Positions 38,259 to 61,514 of a stretch of 64,000 nucleotides of DNA are shown here, one piece after another. Under the pieces are notes generated by a model, which was given only the letters and a program-made list of their open reading frames with translations, was not told the DNA's origin and made no database searches. The stretch is from Ylistrum balloti (lineage: Eukaryota). The first letter of the stretch is position 1, and the number at the start of each line of letters is the position of its first letter. Location of the stretch: the NCBI RefSeq assembly GCF_031769215.1, contig NW_026781971.1, forward strand, positions 434,001 to 498,000, written 5' to 3'. The translations under genes and the position numbers were made by a program.

Positions 38259-39224
38259 GAAGTATTGAACCACTCATCGCGGATCTTCACTGTCATGATG
38301 CTATAAGATATGACTTTCTGAATACTGAGTGATACATACGTTTTATACATCATTTTTCTTGATTGTGAATGTGACAATGAAAATGTAATGCTAGTCACTG
38401 AAACACCAGACAAACCTTGCTCTTTATAAAAAAAATACCGTAGTAACAAGGTAATGTCATAGTTGTGTGATAAAAATCATCTGAACAAAAATAAACATAC
38501 GTAAATAATGGATAAAGAAGACATTTTCTTTTGTTTTTCTTCACTACGGATGGGTAAACCATGCCATTAAAGTTTATAATGCATGGCCATCTCGAACACT
38601 AGGAGTCAATAGAGAAAAAGAACAGTCTGTCTTTCCAGTTTTGTGATTATGGATCAAGTATATTCACTTTTCATAGAGCTATGAAAAGAAAATCAATAGG
38701 GTCTCCTTTAAAAATTAACATGTATAGCTTTTTTCTCTATATCATAGTGGATATCTTATGGAAATTGGTCGAAATCATGTTTCCCATGTCAATGGCTGTT
38801 CCAAACGTTATCTCTTATCATGTATACTCCACTTAGCGGAAACAAAAAGAATATCATGAGTTGAAAATTGCCACCACAAGGTGGCAAGTCTGTACCAGCT
38901 TGATATAAAGATAAGTAACCTTTAAGTTCCCAAACGATATAAATTTTAGTGTGAGGAATCAAGACAATCTGAATCAATGCCATAGTGTATTTTTACAAGA
39001 CGGTTCAGGTATTCTTACCTACCTAGGGAATTACTACACTCGCTGCCACCAGACATGTACCGTGACCATGCACTCTCTTACCCTGTATCACAGGGACCTG
39101 AGAATTCATTATAATCAAGTATGGATTTATCATCGTGCGCTAAAACATTTTTTGAAAGTTTTCGGGGTCAAGGTCTAAATAAGCAAGGTTTCCTCACAGG
39201 ATTATAAACAAACATCTATATAGA

Positions 39225-39860
39225 TATTCTAGAGAGAAAGAGAAGAGAAAATAGATATTCTAAAGAGGAAATAAAGATATTCTAGAAAGAAGAAAAAATA
39301 TGTATTGTAGAGAGAAGAAAAAACAGATATTCTAAAGAGGTGAGAAAATAGATATTCTAGAGAGAGAAGAGAAAATAGATATTCTAGAGAAGAGAGAAGA
39401 GAGATATTATAGAGAGAAGAGAAAATAGATATTCTAGAGAGAAGAGAAAATAGATATTCCATAGCGAAGAGAAAAAAGATATTATAGAGAGAAGAGAAAA
39501 TAGATATTCTAGAGAGAANNNNNNNNNNNNNNNNNNNNNNNNNNNNNNNNNNNNNNNNNNNNNNNNNNNNNNNNNNNNNNNNNNNNNNNNNNNNNNNNNN
39601 NNNNNNNNNNNNNNNNNNNNNNNNNNNNNNNNNNNNNNNNNNNNNNNNNNNNNNNNNNNNNNNNNNNNNNNNNNNNNNNNNNNNNNNNNNNNNNNNNNNN
39701 NNNNNNNNNNNNNNNNNNNNNNNGAGAAAATTGATATTCTAGAAAGGTGAGAAAGCATGTATTTTATAGAGATGAGAAAACGTGTATTCTAGAAAAAGAG
39801 AAAATAGATATTCTAAAGAGAAAAGAAAATATATATTCTAGAGAGAAGAGAAAACATGTA
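39225..39860. repeat. Purine-rich ~26-bp minisatellite spanning an assembly gap
   Basis: AGAGAAGAGAAAATAGATATTCTAG units on both sides of the N run. Confidence 0.9.
39519..39723. other. Assembly gap (N run)
   Basis: Ns in sequence. Confidence 0.99.
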
Positions 39861-41005
39861 TTCTCTCTCTCTTTCTCTCATATATATATATAAATATACA
39901 CTGTTTATATTGTCTGATATTGAAATAAGAACATAATGAGAAGAATATTAAGGTTTGAAAAAAATTGTCTGAATCTCACATCGAGCATTGCATTAGTTAT
40001 ACTAAATATTACGCGTGAAATAATTATGTAGAAACTGAAAAACAAATAAATAAAACGTTTTGAAGAAAGCGTAACTGTCGTGTTTGTAAAATGTCCGAGT
40101 TGTTGAATAAACGATGTTTATATACCAAAGCGTTTTATTTTCATAAAATGCTTGAAAGTTCGTCGTTAATGGAATCCCATTAAACATGTCTATAATGTCC
40201 ATTGTTTATTCATGAAGTGAAACATATCGATAATTTTTCATAACAGACATTCCTGTATGTTTTCGTTTCATCAACAGCCGATATCTAATTTCCAATATAT
40301 ACAACAAACAAAACATGCCGAGTTATTGAACCTGGTACAATTCTTATTTTTATCATTTTCTGTGCAGAGAAATAATTATCTTTGATTGCTTGTAGCATGT
40401 TTTGTCTTGTAGGAAACTTTGGCTACACCATGTATGTATCATAACTTTTATGTTCCGGGGATATGTCAATGAGTACATGCAAGTCTTTGATATTGGACCA
40501 CATAAAATTTCCAATGCGTGGCACATATAGATTCATTATCAGACTCGTATCTATTGATCGTTCTAGTTCGAAAAGTATCAATAATCCCATTGTTAACAGA
40601 TGAAATCCGATATATCATTTACTGTGTAGTCGTTGACATACAGCTTGTGGTTATAGTGATTTTTTCCCTTCATGTAATGTTTATTACGCACCGTGGTTTA
40701 TTGGTGCAATTTCGCCTATCGTACCTCTCTATCCAATTATAAATAGTTGGAGGTAAAATTTAACTTAATTTCTAATGAAGTTTATTATGTCATTGAGTGT
40801 AATCAGACTGCCGAGTTGGAATTTCAGTGCATAGGAAAACATGAAATAGTTTTAACTTTAAGCTTCATAAATTAAAATCAATATGTAGCTGATTTCATAG
40901 GATCAATCATTGCTGAGTGATCATTAGTGAATTTATCTGATTTATTTCGCGATGTGTGCTGTATTTCATGTCTCTTTATATTGGATAACTAGAGTTTTGG
41001 TCTCA

Positions 41006-41041
41006 GAAGAAGAAGAAGAAGAAGAAGAAGAAGAAGAAGAA

Positions 41042-41092
<51 letters not shown>
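41006..41092. repeat. Compound microsatellite (GAA)12(GAT)17
   Basis: Direct count. Confidence 0.97.
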
Positions 41093-41179
41093 AAATAAAC
41101 CAGTGCGGAGATCACAAATAAGTGTTTAGAACATTGACCTATTTTCTGTACGTGCTTGGCCTCTGACTCTGACCGTGAT

Positions 41180-41630
41180 TCGCCTCTAAATTATTTTTTT
41201 CGAAGACTTTGTTGGCATGTTTCGAGTATTGTTTTTATCTCCTCGCTATTTATTAGTCCCCTATGGGAAAATATCTTGGGCAAATTCGAGTTTCAGGATC
41301 GTTAAATCAAGGTCATTGTTACAACTTTTTGGGGTGGGGGATAGTTGTCAAGCATCCCGGGGGCTTGTTTTAATAAGGGATTCTTATAAAATTGTACACG
41401 GTTATAAAGCATAAAGCATTAAAATATCTTAGATAGGTTCGAAATTTCATTGTGTCAAGGTTACCTTTACTATTTTTAGACAATCTTTGTCAGAGCTCTA
41501 GCGACTTCATTCCTTTACGAATTATCATAAAATTTCACACGTTTATCTAGCATTAGATTATCTTGGATAAGTTCAAGTTTCAGTGTTGTTTGGTCAAGGT
41601 CAAGGTTACCCTTGTCATTATTTTAGTGGC
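41180..41630. mobile_element. Degenerate DINE-like repeat
   Basis: Recurrent TTCGAGTTTCAG / GGTCAAGGTCAAGGTTAC-type motifs in 2-3 internal subunits. Confidence 0.35.
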
Positions 41631-41899
41631 TCTTTTTCTTATGTAATTTTGATTTACAAATGACCATAACACATTGCTATTACACATTGGTGATGAAACA
41701 GTATTGTCAGTATGTCAAATCTATCCATTGCATTGGTGCTTTAAAAATACAAAGTAAATGAACATTTTTCTTTTCTTTCTTTTTTTCAACAACTTAACAC
41801 CGAACAGTTTCGTCTTTATATATCATTAAAGTGTAATAGCTTGCGGGGTCTGGTTGTTGACAATGTTCACCATGCCTATTTAAATATATTTTGTTGCTG

Positions 41900-42285
41900 C
41901 AAGGGATGAGGCATCGCCATGAAAGATAACTAACAGCATCATTAACAAGCTGGGTGAATCCTGATAATAGTATGGCCCCATATCATCTTCAGTGTAGAAC
42001 TACATAGGAGGATAAACACTGTATCCCCGTCACTAGCGAATGGGATGGTGGTGGATTCGGCACCCAGATTCCATCAAAAGGGTAGCAATGAGATGGACAC
42101 CTTAAGATAAGAGAAAGACAGGAAGACCAAAGAAGACTTGGGGCGGTCGGTCGGTCGGTCGAGGAGGAAATGGAGGAAGAGTGATGGACGTGGGGACAAG
42201 TTAAACAATCTAGGGACAGGTAGTATTGGGAGTCTCTGGTGATGGCATTGTGTGCGACACCGCACGAAGAGGATTTAGTAAATAG
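41900..42285 (+). mobile_element. RTE-clade LINE 3' end remnant
   Basis: Degenerate translation LIIVWPHIIFSVELHRRIN, RVAMRWTP*DKRKTGRPKKTW, WESLVMALCATPHEED matches the RTE ORF C-terminus pattern. Confidence 0.8.
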
Positions 42286-42887
42286 GGGATGTAAAGGGAC
42301 TGGGCACCATGAAGTTATCTAATTTTTACAAGATCCCTTCCCATTTTTTCCCTACTCCGGTCCTAACTTTGTATGTTCCCTATGTTAAGCTTATAGTGAT
42401 GTAGACTGATTAAGATTGTCTCAATATTCTATTGTTATCGGTGTGATATCATTGGAAAACATTTGATTTCCTTTGAAGTACGAAATGAAGCTAGATGTGT
42501 TTAATGCCGGCAAGATTTTTAATATAGCCTTGCGGTGCACATTTGAAAACGCGATATAAGATGTTTGAATTGTGTCATTTCAGATTGTCTGTTCTTGTTT
42601 TTTTTTAATTTTTCCTCGTTTCACCGACTAAGAGTTTAGGAGTTTAAAAATAAACATCTAAGTCTTATCAAAGATGTAGGAATCGAATAAATATTATATG
42701 TCTGCTAAATTTTGTATGTCTGCTTATAACCATTTAAGATTTTAAGCATTTGCCTTTTACCTTTTAGTTTGTTAGGTTTTTTCCTTTTTTGATCACTGTG
42801 TGTTTCACCTATGGTTGATGTCCCTAATGACCTCTTTATGTGTTTGGCGGGCCATTAAGACTATAATAATAGCGAGCGCTATATGGT

Positions 42888-42889
<2 letters not shown>

Positions 42890-42922
<33 letters not shown>
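42890..42922. repeat. (GT)n microsatellite
   Basis: Direct reading. Confidence 0.97.
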
Positions 42923-42924
<2 letters not shown>

Positions 42925-43364
42925 TAATTCAACTCCAACAACCTGCCCATATGATCAACTTTAAACGGAAGTGTGGCCGTAACTTCATTACCCACAATAC
43001 ACTTGCTGCAGCACGCAACGAAAATTGCCGACCCATTGAAAGGCATTTTATGTTTTGTTGATTATCAGAACGAAAACTCTCAATAACAAAGAGAAAAGAA
43101 AACGGTGGGAGAGAACATTCTGATTTTAATCATGAAAACTCGTTAAACATATAAGCACCGCCTTCACAAATCCGACTAAAACTATAATATATTGTCTTTC
43201 GCCATATTTTGACTACAAAATCCTTTCTTTTTTAAAGCAAAGATAATAGATAGTCCTCTGCAATATCTGTAACTATAAAAGGGAAACTCTTGTGCATTTA
43301 TTTTGAAGGTCTTTTTGATCAATTTTTATAGTCTAGATATGTGGTCAAAGACTTTATTAATACA

Positions 43365-43690
43365 TTTATTGTTACCATGGAAACCGATAAACATCACAAA
43401 TTTAAGTTTTTCTGAGCCAATACTCTGACAAGGTAATTGCTCAAAACTTTTTACGCTTATTAAGCTAGTTTCTTTTGCTATGGGGAAGTTCTCCATTTAA
43501 ATACTTTTTATGTTACCATGGAAACAGATAGGCCAATCACAAAGTTCAGTTTTTTCAGACCAGTTCTCTTAAACCATTCAAGGTAATTACCTGTTACTCA
43601 AAGCTTTGTACAGGCATCAAGCTAGTATTATAGTAGAAGTTCTCAATTTCAATACTTTGTATGGAACAATTAGAAATAACAAATAGAAAT
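43365..43690. repeat. Two-copy ~141-bp tandem unit (TE internal repeat-like)
   Basis: GTTACCATGGAAAC at 43371 and 43512 with alignable downstream sequence. Confidence 0.6.
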
Positions 43691-45436
43691 TAACTTGTTG
43701 TAATATTAACACATACATGTATATATATGGGTGAAAGACAAGTGTGTTACAACTGTGCCACCAAACCACACCCTGATCACGGTGTTACATTGTTTTCTAG
43801 AAGAAGAAGACGTGTCGCTGATGGTTGATATATTGGTACATTTGTATGTGCCGATGTTTTGTTAAACATACAACAAATTAAAAAAAACAAGCTTCGGTGC
43901 AGACGGATCAGGCTGTTCAATTGTGCATCTTGTTGGCCAACTTGCGCTCGCTTTAGGCAGTGCCTATTTCATATTAATAATTGTATGTCTGCTGATTATA
44001 TAAATCAATACATGTATCAAGGGAAACAACTCGCGTCAAACATTTTTTTCATATTCAAGTTCAAAGGATGCTCAATGGGAACACAAATGTAATACATGTA
44101 GTATTAGATTATTTTTGGCTCTATTTTTTCTCGAAATTCTTTTATTTTTCAAATAATGCAGGCAGTAGCAATGTGTCTTAACAGTTTGTGGAAGTCAATC
44201 ATTTTTAAAAAGAAATATGTGTTTGAAATCTATGTAGAAGGATCGACTGTTCGTCATATATTGTAAATTGTTTTGTCTTCCTAATTGTTCTTTCGTATTT
44301 ATTAGTTTCCGTTTATACTGTATGTCGTCTTAGAGTATAGTCTAGTATCGTCTGCTAGTATCGTATCGTGTGGTCAGTGGTCAGTTTAGTCTTTGTCTTA
44401 CGTCATAGTCTTATGTCTTATTTTATTTGCTCGTCGATTTCGCGGTAGTTTTGATGTTCCGGTCATTGCTTCATTGTGTGACCGGCCGGCAAAGGACGAG
44501 CATTGTAAGTTTAATCTTTATTATCCTGTACTCTCCTACTAGTGGTATTTAATTATTATATTTATAAAGAGTAAGATTTATATTACTTTGATGTCAAATA
44601 GTTTCATTGTTATGTATTGGTACAAAACTACGGTAAACCAGTAATGAATTCAAATAACATATTATTTAAATATGTTGAAATCCATTTTTCGATATATGTA
44701 CATTATAAGATTATATAATGATACAGATAATTTAGTCCGGATTTCTAGTTTCTTTGTTTGTAACTTTACAGACTTGCCCTACCATACATAGTGGTCGCAA
44801 TATGTAAAATAATTGACAAGGTACCTACAAACTCTGTGCCATACACAGGTAATTGATTTTATATGTATTCCACTTAGAATGTAGATAATTTATAGTATTC
44901 AGGTTTAATCATAATACTTACCTCATATTGTAAATAATAAACTAGGAACGCATTGTTCATAGAAATATCTATATATTCCTATTATTATTCGCTATATCTG
45001 TAATGGAATTATGTAACATCAGTTTAATATAATTCAATATAACTCAATGTTGTACTAGTGTTGCAAGTATACAGTTAAATTATCTTTTTGTCAAAGTGAT
45101 ATATGTATGTTTTGCGTGTGTGATATTTGTTATATGGTTAATGTTATTTGTGTATTGTCATTGCATAGTTCGTCTTGTACGTACACCTGTCTATGTTGGA
45201 ATAAACGGACCGAATGGTCCACCTGAACTTACGCAGGCGTCATGTAATATATATATATGCATGAAAATCTGACCCTGTAACAAATGCATATTTTTTATTT
45301 AAAAAGTTTCGATTAGTATATAAGAATAAACTTATCCTCCATACGTATTTCATGAAAGTAAAAGTTATAATAAATTGTATTATATTAGTGTTGATGAGAT
45401 TATATTATGGTCTGAACAGAGTTAGTGCCCTTCCTA

Positions 45437-45464
45437 GTCATGTGATCAAAATTTACCCGGAAGT
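45437..45464 (+). promoter_or_regulatory. Candidate VPS4 proximal promoter: M-box-like GTCATGTGAT and ETS-type CCGGAAGT
   Basis: Both motifs lie 135-160 bp upstream of the ATG; short motif matches only. Confidence 0.4.
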
Positions 45465-45597
45465 GGCTATCCTCCATTTCTGACAGCAATGAATCAACCG
45501 AAGATAGGCGTCTAGAACCGGGTGTTACCCTTGATATTTACTTACGTTCTTACCGTTGTAACACACATATTTGTCACAACGTACCGATATTTTCTTC

Positions 45598-55465
<9,868 letters not shown>

Positions 55466-58400
55466 TGCTTTGTCAATCGTTTTTGTTGTGAAAAGTACTA
55501 TGATGCAACTGTGACTTTAACAGTCTGACATGGATTCATAAATAACGTGCAGAAGATGATCACTTACACATGAAGATGGTGCACACCTGCATGTCCCTGC
55601 GTTTTTGAAATGATGTTGAATGGAATAGGAGTTTTTAGAAAACCTTTCATCATTTCTGAAGAAACTTGTAGTTAAGCTTATCATTAGGCCAACCTTGACA
55701 TACGTTCATGGCCATAATTCATTATTTACAGTCATTGGCATATCACCATTTTACATGTATTTACAAAGCGATTGTTATTTCTTGTGCACAAGAGCTGATT
55801 GTGACAATATTTCTTTCTTTGCTGACAATGTGATAGATTAAAGATAGACATGTAAATCAGCTTGATATGTGACCAATGTGGCGATGTTTTTTTTTTTTTT
55901 CAAGATTTGTGTTTCTATGTCTACTTTAATCACCTGAAGAATTTATTTCCTCAATTTTGCCCCAAAAATAACAATGGCCATTTATTTCACAAAGGCCAAT
56001 TAAATAGAAAAAGAAAACACCATCTTGCATCTTGTTATATATAGGCCCTGTTGCTTTTTTGGTCTTGATTTCCACAAAGTTTTGATAAATGATGTACATC
56101 ACGGAAGTTTTTTCATACTTTATTGTATTTGACATTGATTTGGAAATGTTTTAAGTAAATACTAATGACACCCACCTGCTGTTGAGAAGGAGATAATTAC
56201 CGGTGACCTCTGGCTTTGGTATCAATAAATGCTGTTGAGATTATTTTCCCAACTTCTGAATAAATGTTGATAAGATGAAGGGAAAGTCGTATCATGATAT
56301 GATGAACCTGCTTGAAACTGAGACATGTAAAACAGAAGTCTACAGAAGTTTCGTCGCTGCTTTCTTTTTTAATACAATGAAGGTAAATTCCTTATAAAAT
56401 CCCTTCTTCTAATTATAAAAAGATTACTGAAACTTGTTTCCTTCTCAATTTTGGTTTGTGTGGCCTTAAGGAGTTATATATATGTCTACTGACTTTTCCA
56501 ACATGATTTCTACTCAAAACCCTGGATGCTTGAGTTAGTAAATAAGATGAGCATATAATTTATTAGAGGAGATGTATGTTTGCATTGAAAAAGTTTGATT
56601 TTGAAATTGATTTCTTGGAATTCTTATGAGTAAAAATGAAAGGGAGATGATTTTGGCCGAAGTCACAGCTATAATTAAAGAGGTTAATGATGAACATTGT
56701 CTGTTGTGTTTCTTTTCCATAATTTCATGCATAGAAAATAGTGTACACATAGATATTTTTTATTTAACAAACTTAACAATATTTTTGCCACACTTGAACA
56801 TTTTTGCATTCAAAATCACAAATTTATGTTTTAAAAAAAAAGAAAAATAGGGGAGATTATTATGAATTAGGTTATTTTTTAACAAGACATTTTTCACAGA
56901 CATGATTATACCTATAAGTATTCATAAACCCTCCGTTTCCCTAATAGGAACACATACTAGTATCCCAAGATTTGTTTGCCAATATCTTCATTAACACATG
57001 ACTCGGAGTCCTTCCTGTGTATGGTTGAGATGAGTTTGACCCTAGTCGTCATACAACTGATATGATGCTAACCTTGATATACTTCCCTATACTTATGTTA
57101 TACTTACCATTTATCTAGAGATGTACACACCTGTATAGATCTATATATGGATCTGCCTATGGCAATATTGGCTAAGAAAAACACAGAATTTCAAATATTT
57201 GATGTATTTGCACTGACCCTCGGTGCTTTTAAATCTTACAAGTTTTTCTTTTCTTACAAACAAGTAAAAAGGTTCATCTTTTAACATAATTTCTCCTTGT
57301 TTTTGCCATCGTCTTCAGGCTGGTCAGCTGTCTGTACAGTCATAGATTTTATAATGATGTAATACACAAAAGTCATTCAACTTTCTTGTCTCCAATTTCT
57401 AATTATTAGAAAGAAAAAAGAAATAAAGGATTTCCCTGAACTTTACAAGACTTCTTGTTGCTTAAAGTGATTTAGAAATTTCTTACAAGTAGAAACTTTT
57501 GTATTGTCTTGTTTGATAATTATTTTTTTTGTCTTGAGTTTTAATTTATTGTGATTTTATCTGAGTACATGATGGAAAGAAGATTTTATGCTAAAATGGA
57601 AAATCTAAAATTTCTTATGGAATAATATCTCCTGGAACTTCTGCGAGATAGATTAGATTTCTTGTCTCTATTTACACAACAGAAGTACAGAAAAAGATAC
57701 ATGTACAGTACCATGAGAGACTATTCAATGAGTTGTGAGTGACAAAGTTCAATTATAGAACTTGAGTGAGCTAATTTCCAAGTCAAATGCAAATTACTTT
57801 TGACTACTTCCATCATCCAAGAGATAAACAAAATGTAAGACTGATCCACATGTATCATTCATAATGTAATTTTATGAACTGAAGTATCGTAAACTTTCTA
57901 GCTGTTCATGTAAAAGAAAAAAAATATCTATGGAGTATTCTGTTGGTATATTATAGGATTAAAAGAAAATGATTAAGCAATATACAGCAAAATATGAAAA
58001 TGATTAAGCAATATACAGCAAAATATACATTGCAGTGAGTAATACTTACATAAACGTGAATAAATGATTGAGAAAAAAATGATTAAGCTGAGGGGAAATT
58101 TATAAAACACATACAGTGAATTCTTTTACTGTTTATATTGTGGAAATATTAATAAAGTTTTAATTCAAAACAATTCATAACTGTGTACCATTGTTTATCA
58201 TAGCAGTTATCTCCCCTTACATCATATTTTCATGGAATACAACAGTAGATGAGAATGTTGTGGCATTGTTCATTGTCTGAAGTTGATAATAATAATAATA
58301 ATAGTAATAACAGAATTAAGTATTATACCATGTGAAAGAAATGATTCGAAATCTTCTTTCCAGAAGAATTTCATAATAACAAGTTTATTCAATGTTATTC

Positions 58401-59359
58401 TTGATCTGTAAATTACTAGGGTAAGGGCGACTGCATTAAATATTTTTTCTCAGGAGACATGGATTGCACACTGATCCAAAATATATTAATTCTTGGTTAG
58501 TTTCATAAACGTGTGAAATGATCCATGTTTAGTATTTTCTAATTTGTTACAGTTTGCAATTTTTGATAGTTTGCACCTATAAAAAATTGTAGAATTCAAA
58601 ACCTATTGCTCTGTAGTGAGAATGAAGGATGTCCTCACCTCTGCTCTGTCTGGCTGTAACTAGAGTTTAAAGCTTTCATTTTTGTGATTATTTCAAATTT
58701 GAACAAAAGAGTGATATGTTGCACCTAAATTTTATCATTCCTAAACAAAATTGCCAACAACTGCTACTGAAATATTGAATTTTAATATACGATTGAGTGT
58801 TTTACTCTAAAAGGAATCTTCATACAAATATATGGAAAATTTTCATACCTAGATATGTTGAATATGGTTTTTCTATAAGACAGTAAAATTAGAATTGTTA
58901 TATTCTAATATGGACATTTTACATTTAAGGCACACTTATTCTAACATGAAATTAAAAAAAAAAAAACATGTAAGAGAACAGAAAGTTCATCAAAATAGAA
59001 ATTAAGTGCTCTGAATGAAAATTAAGTGTGATGTTTGCATATTTGTATTTAACTATTGAGAGGCATATGGAAAATTCATATTAAAATTTATCATATTTGT
59101 ATAATACTTATAGATACAAAGAATGTTTTGTGCTAGTTAACAGTTTTGAGTATTGGTTTTGATTGATGTGAATTTGATGTAATTAGTGTATTTGGCTGTC
59201 TGATAATTTTTGTTTAAAAATATCTTGTTTTCTCTGATGGAAAGAATAAAATGATATATAGGCTTAACTGTGAATAGATAGCTTCAGTGAGTTAGAAGAC
59301 CGCAAATATTGATATCTTTAAGAATGATTTTAATTAGGGTAAGCATACCTTGACCTTAT

Positions 59360-59500
59360 CATAAAATATACATTGTATATTATGTTATGATAAAACATGC
59401 ATTGTATATTATGTTATGATAAAATATGCATTGTATAATATGTTATAATAAAATATACATTGTATTTCAATGTTATAATAAAAATATACATTGTATATTA
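59360..59500. repeat. ~29-bp AT-rich minisatellite, ~5 copies
   Basis: ATAAAATATACATTGTATATTATGTTATG units. Confidence 0.88.
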
Positions 59501-59740
59501 ATTTTATGTACATTCGGAATGATTTAACATTGGTGTATCAACTTGTATGTAAATAAGTATATTTAATAATAAGCACAACTAAGATTAAGACTATATGTAA
59601 ATAATAAAATCCATCCAAATGTTCCCCACGATTTGTCAATATATACATTCAACAGAATCCTACTGTGACGAGGCTCTGTACAGGTAGGATACAGGAATAA
59701 CTTCTATGTTTATCATGATATAGGAGCTTTCATGGATTAA

Positions 59741-60042
59741 TTTTAGGTCATCTGACTGAAGGGTCTGATGACCTATTGCGATCGCCTTTTGTCGGGCGTT
59801 GTCCGTCGTAAACATTTTCAAGTTCTTCTCAAGTTCTTCTCAAGTTCTACATTTCTCATTGAGCTGAAACTTACCTGAAATGATCGTGACATGACCCTGA
59901 CCAAAGTTTGTTAATTTTGGGTTGGTCCGAAATCCATTATGGCCGCTATCATGAAAACATATTTTCGACTCCTTCTCAAGTTCAAAATTTGAAATCTTGT
60001 ATCTTATGTCAGATGACCATTAAGGCAATGGGCCTCTTGTTT
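59741..60042 (+). mobile_element. Helentron-associated / DINE-like non-autonomous element
   Basis: T-run start, 5' GGTCATCTGAC with nearby partial inverted copy, exact subterminal inverted copy GTCAGATGACC at 60008-60018, 3' stem-loop AGGC...GCCT then T-run. Confidence 0.7.
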
Positions 60043-60549
60043 ATCTCTTCTTCTTGTTCCTTAAACAATGTGAATTGATTCTATTGCCTCATGAAACAAA
60101 AGGTATGTTGTTTCAAGAAAAAATACTATGTGTTCTTGACTTTGTGGAGATCAATCTGTAAAATTTAAAGATCCTTGCTTTCTGGCTTACTATATATAGC
60201 AAGTGCCAGTTGTGTTGTCATACTGCAACTGGAGGTTAAGTCGCCCTGTAAACAGCCAGGATTATCCTGCAAGAGAGTTTAAATGCAGTACTTAGCTGAT
60301 GACTACCAGTGATGCTCTCTAAAGCTTTTTAGGCAAAGTGCATTGTTCAAGGTCACAACCAGCAAGCACAGAACAGAGGATATGTGCCATATATACAGTG
60401 ATTTGAGTGTGAATGCACTGCAGAAACGCCCTTGAGTGGTGACATTTTTTTGTCTTCAAACAAAACGAAACAAGCAAGTAATCGACTGTAATGAGACGAA
60501 ATCTTAAATGCCACGAGGCATACTTTTCTAATTTGTAGATGTAATATCT

Positions 60550-60917
60550 TACAGAAAAAGTCTGAAGAGCCAGGATAGGTTATGGCGTACTGCAGTGTCT
60601 GTCTTCCGCCAGTCTTCCTCTGTAGGAATGCCGAGATTCTGTCCCAATTTAGTCTGAAGCATTCTTGGTTGAAAGGTAATCAATTTTGTATAAATGGTAG
60701 GTCCCATACCCCAGGGAGAAAACAGGCGGAGTCTAATAGGGAAATAGAGCAAATTCTTCTTCTGTAAGAATGCGTTGATTATCTCCAAATTTAGTCTGAG
60801 GCATGCTTTTACGAAGGAGACTTTTGGATAAATGGTTTGAGTGATACCTTTGAGACAGATTGATGGGCCAAATTGGAAAAGTCAAGTGAGCGATACATAC
60901 CGGAAGGGCCTCTTTTT
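60550..60917 (+). mobile_element. DINE-like element; core homologous in reverse to 35600-35760
   Basis: Reverse complement of 60620-60730 aligns with 35640-35750; 3' end CAAGTGAGCGATAC...GGGCCTCTTTTT. Confidence 0.6.
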
Positions 60918-61306
60918 TCGTTTTGACGTCATCATTTGATTCCTTTCTATTATGGTATGGAAACTGATAAAACTCGTACTGAGCAGAAAGGACTACATAG
61001 CAAGCCTAAGAATGGCGGGAAAAGGTTTACAGTATTGCATTAAAATGTCTGGAGGAATGAGTCACCTCAAAGCAACCATATACAAATTACTGTTGACATC
61101 GGCGGAGGAATTATCTCTAGTTTTTTTCTCCTTGCGTTTGTTTTCATAAATCATTACCATGATATGTAGAAAATCCATTGAAAATTAACTTTTAATCCAG
61201 ATATAAACACACTAGTTATTCACAAGTGAAAAATACGTATGGGTCTTACCAATCAAGATCAAGACCAACACACATGAGAAGCACAAAGTTTTTAGAGAGT
61301 TCAATG

Positions 61307-61514
61307 NNNNNNNNNNNNNNNNNNNNNNNNNNNNNNNNNNNNNNNNNNNNNNNNNNNNNNNNNNNNNNNNNNNNNNNNNNNNNNNNNNNNNNNNNNNNNN
61401 NNNNNNNNNNNNNNNNNNNNNNNNNNNNNNNNNNNNNNNNNNNNNNNNNNNNNNNNNNNNNNNNNNNNNNNNNNNNNNNNNNNNNNNNNNNNNNNNNNNN
61501 NNNNNNNNNNNNNN
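61307..61514. other. Assembly gap (N run)
   Basis: Ns in sequence. Confidence 0.99.

Noticed and set aside
39384-39758. ORFs spanning N runs (also 61212-61557)
   Set aside because: Artefacts of the assembly gaps.
41006-41092. Poly-Glu/Asp coding exon
   Set aside because: No phase-compatible upstream exon; the nearby 19-nt candidate at 40413-40431 gives stops or nonsense.
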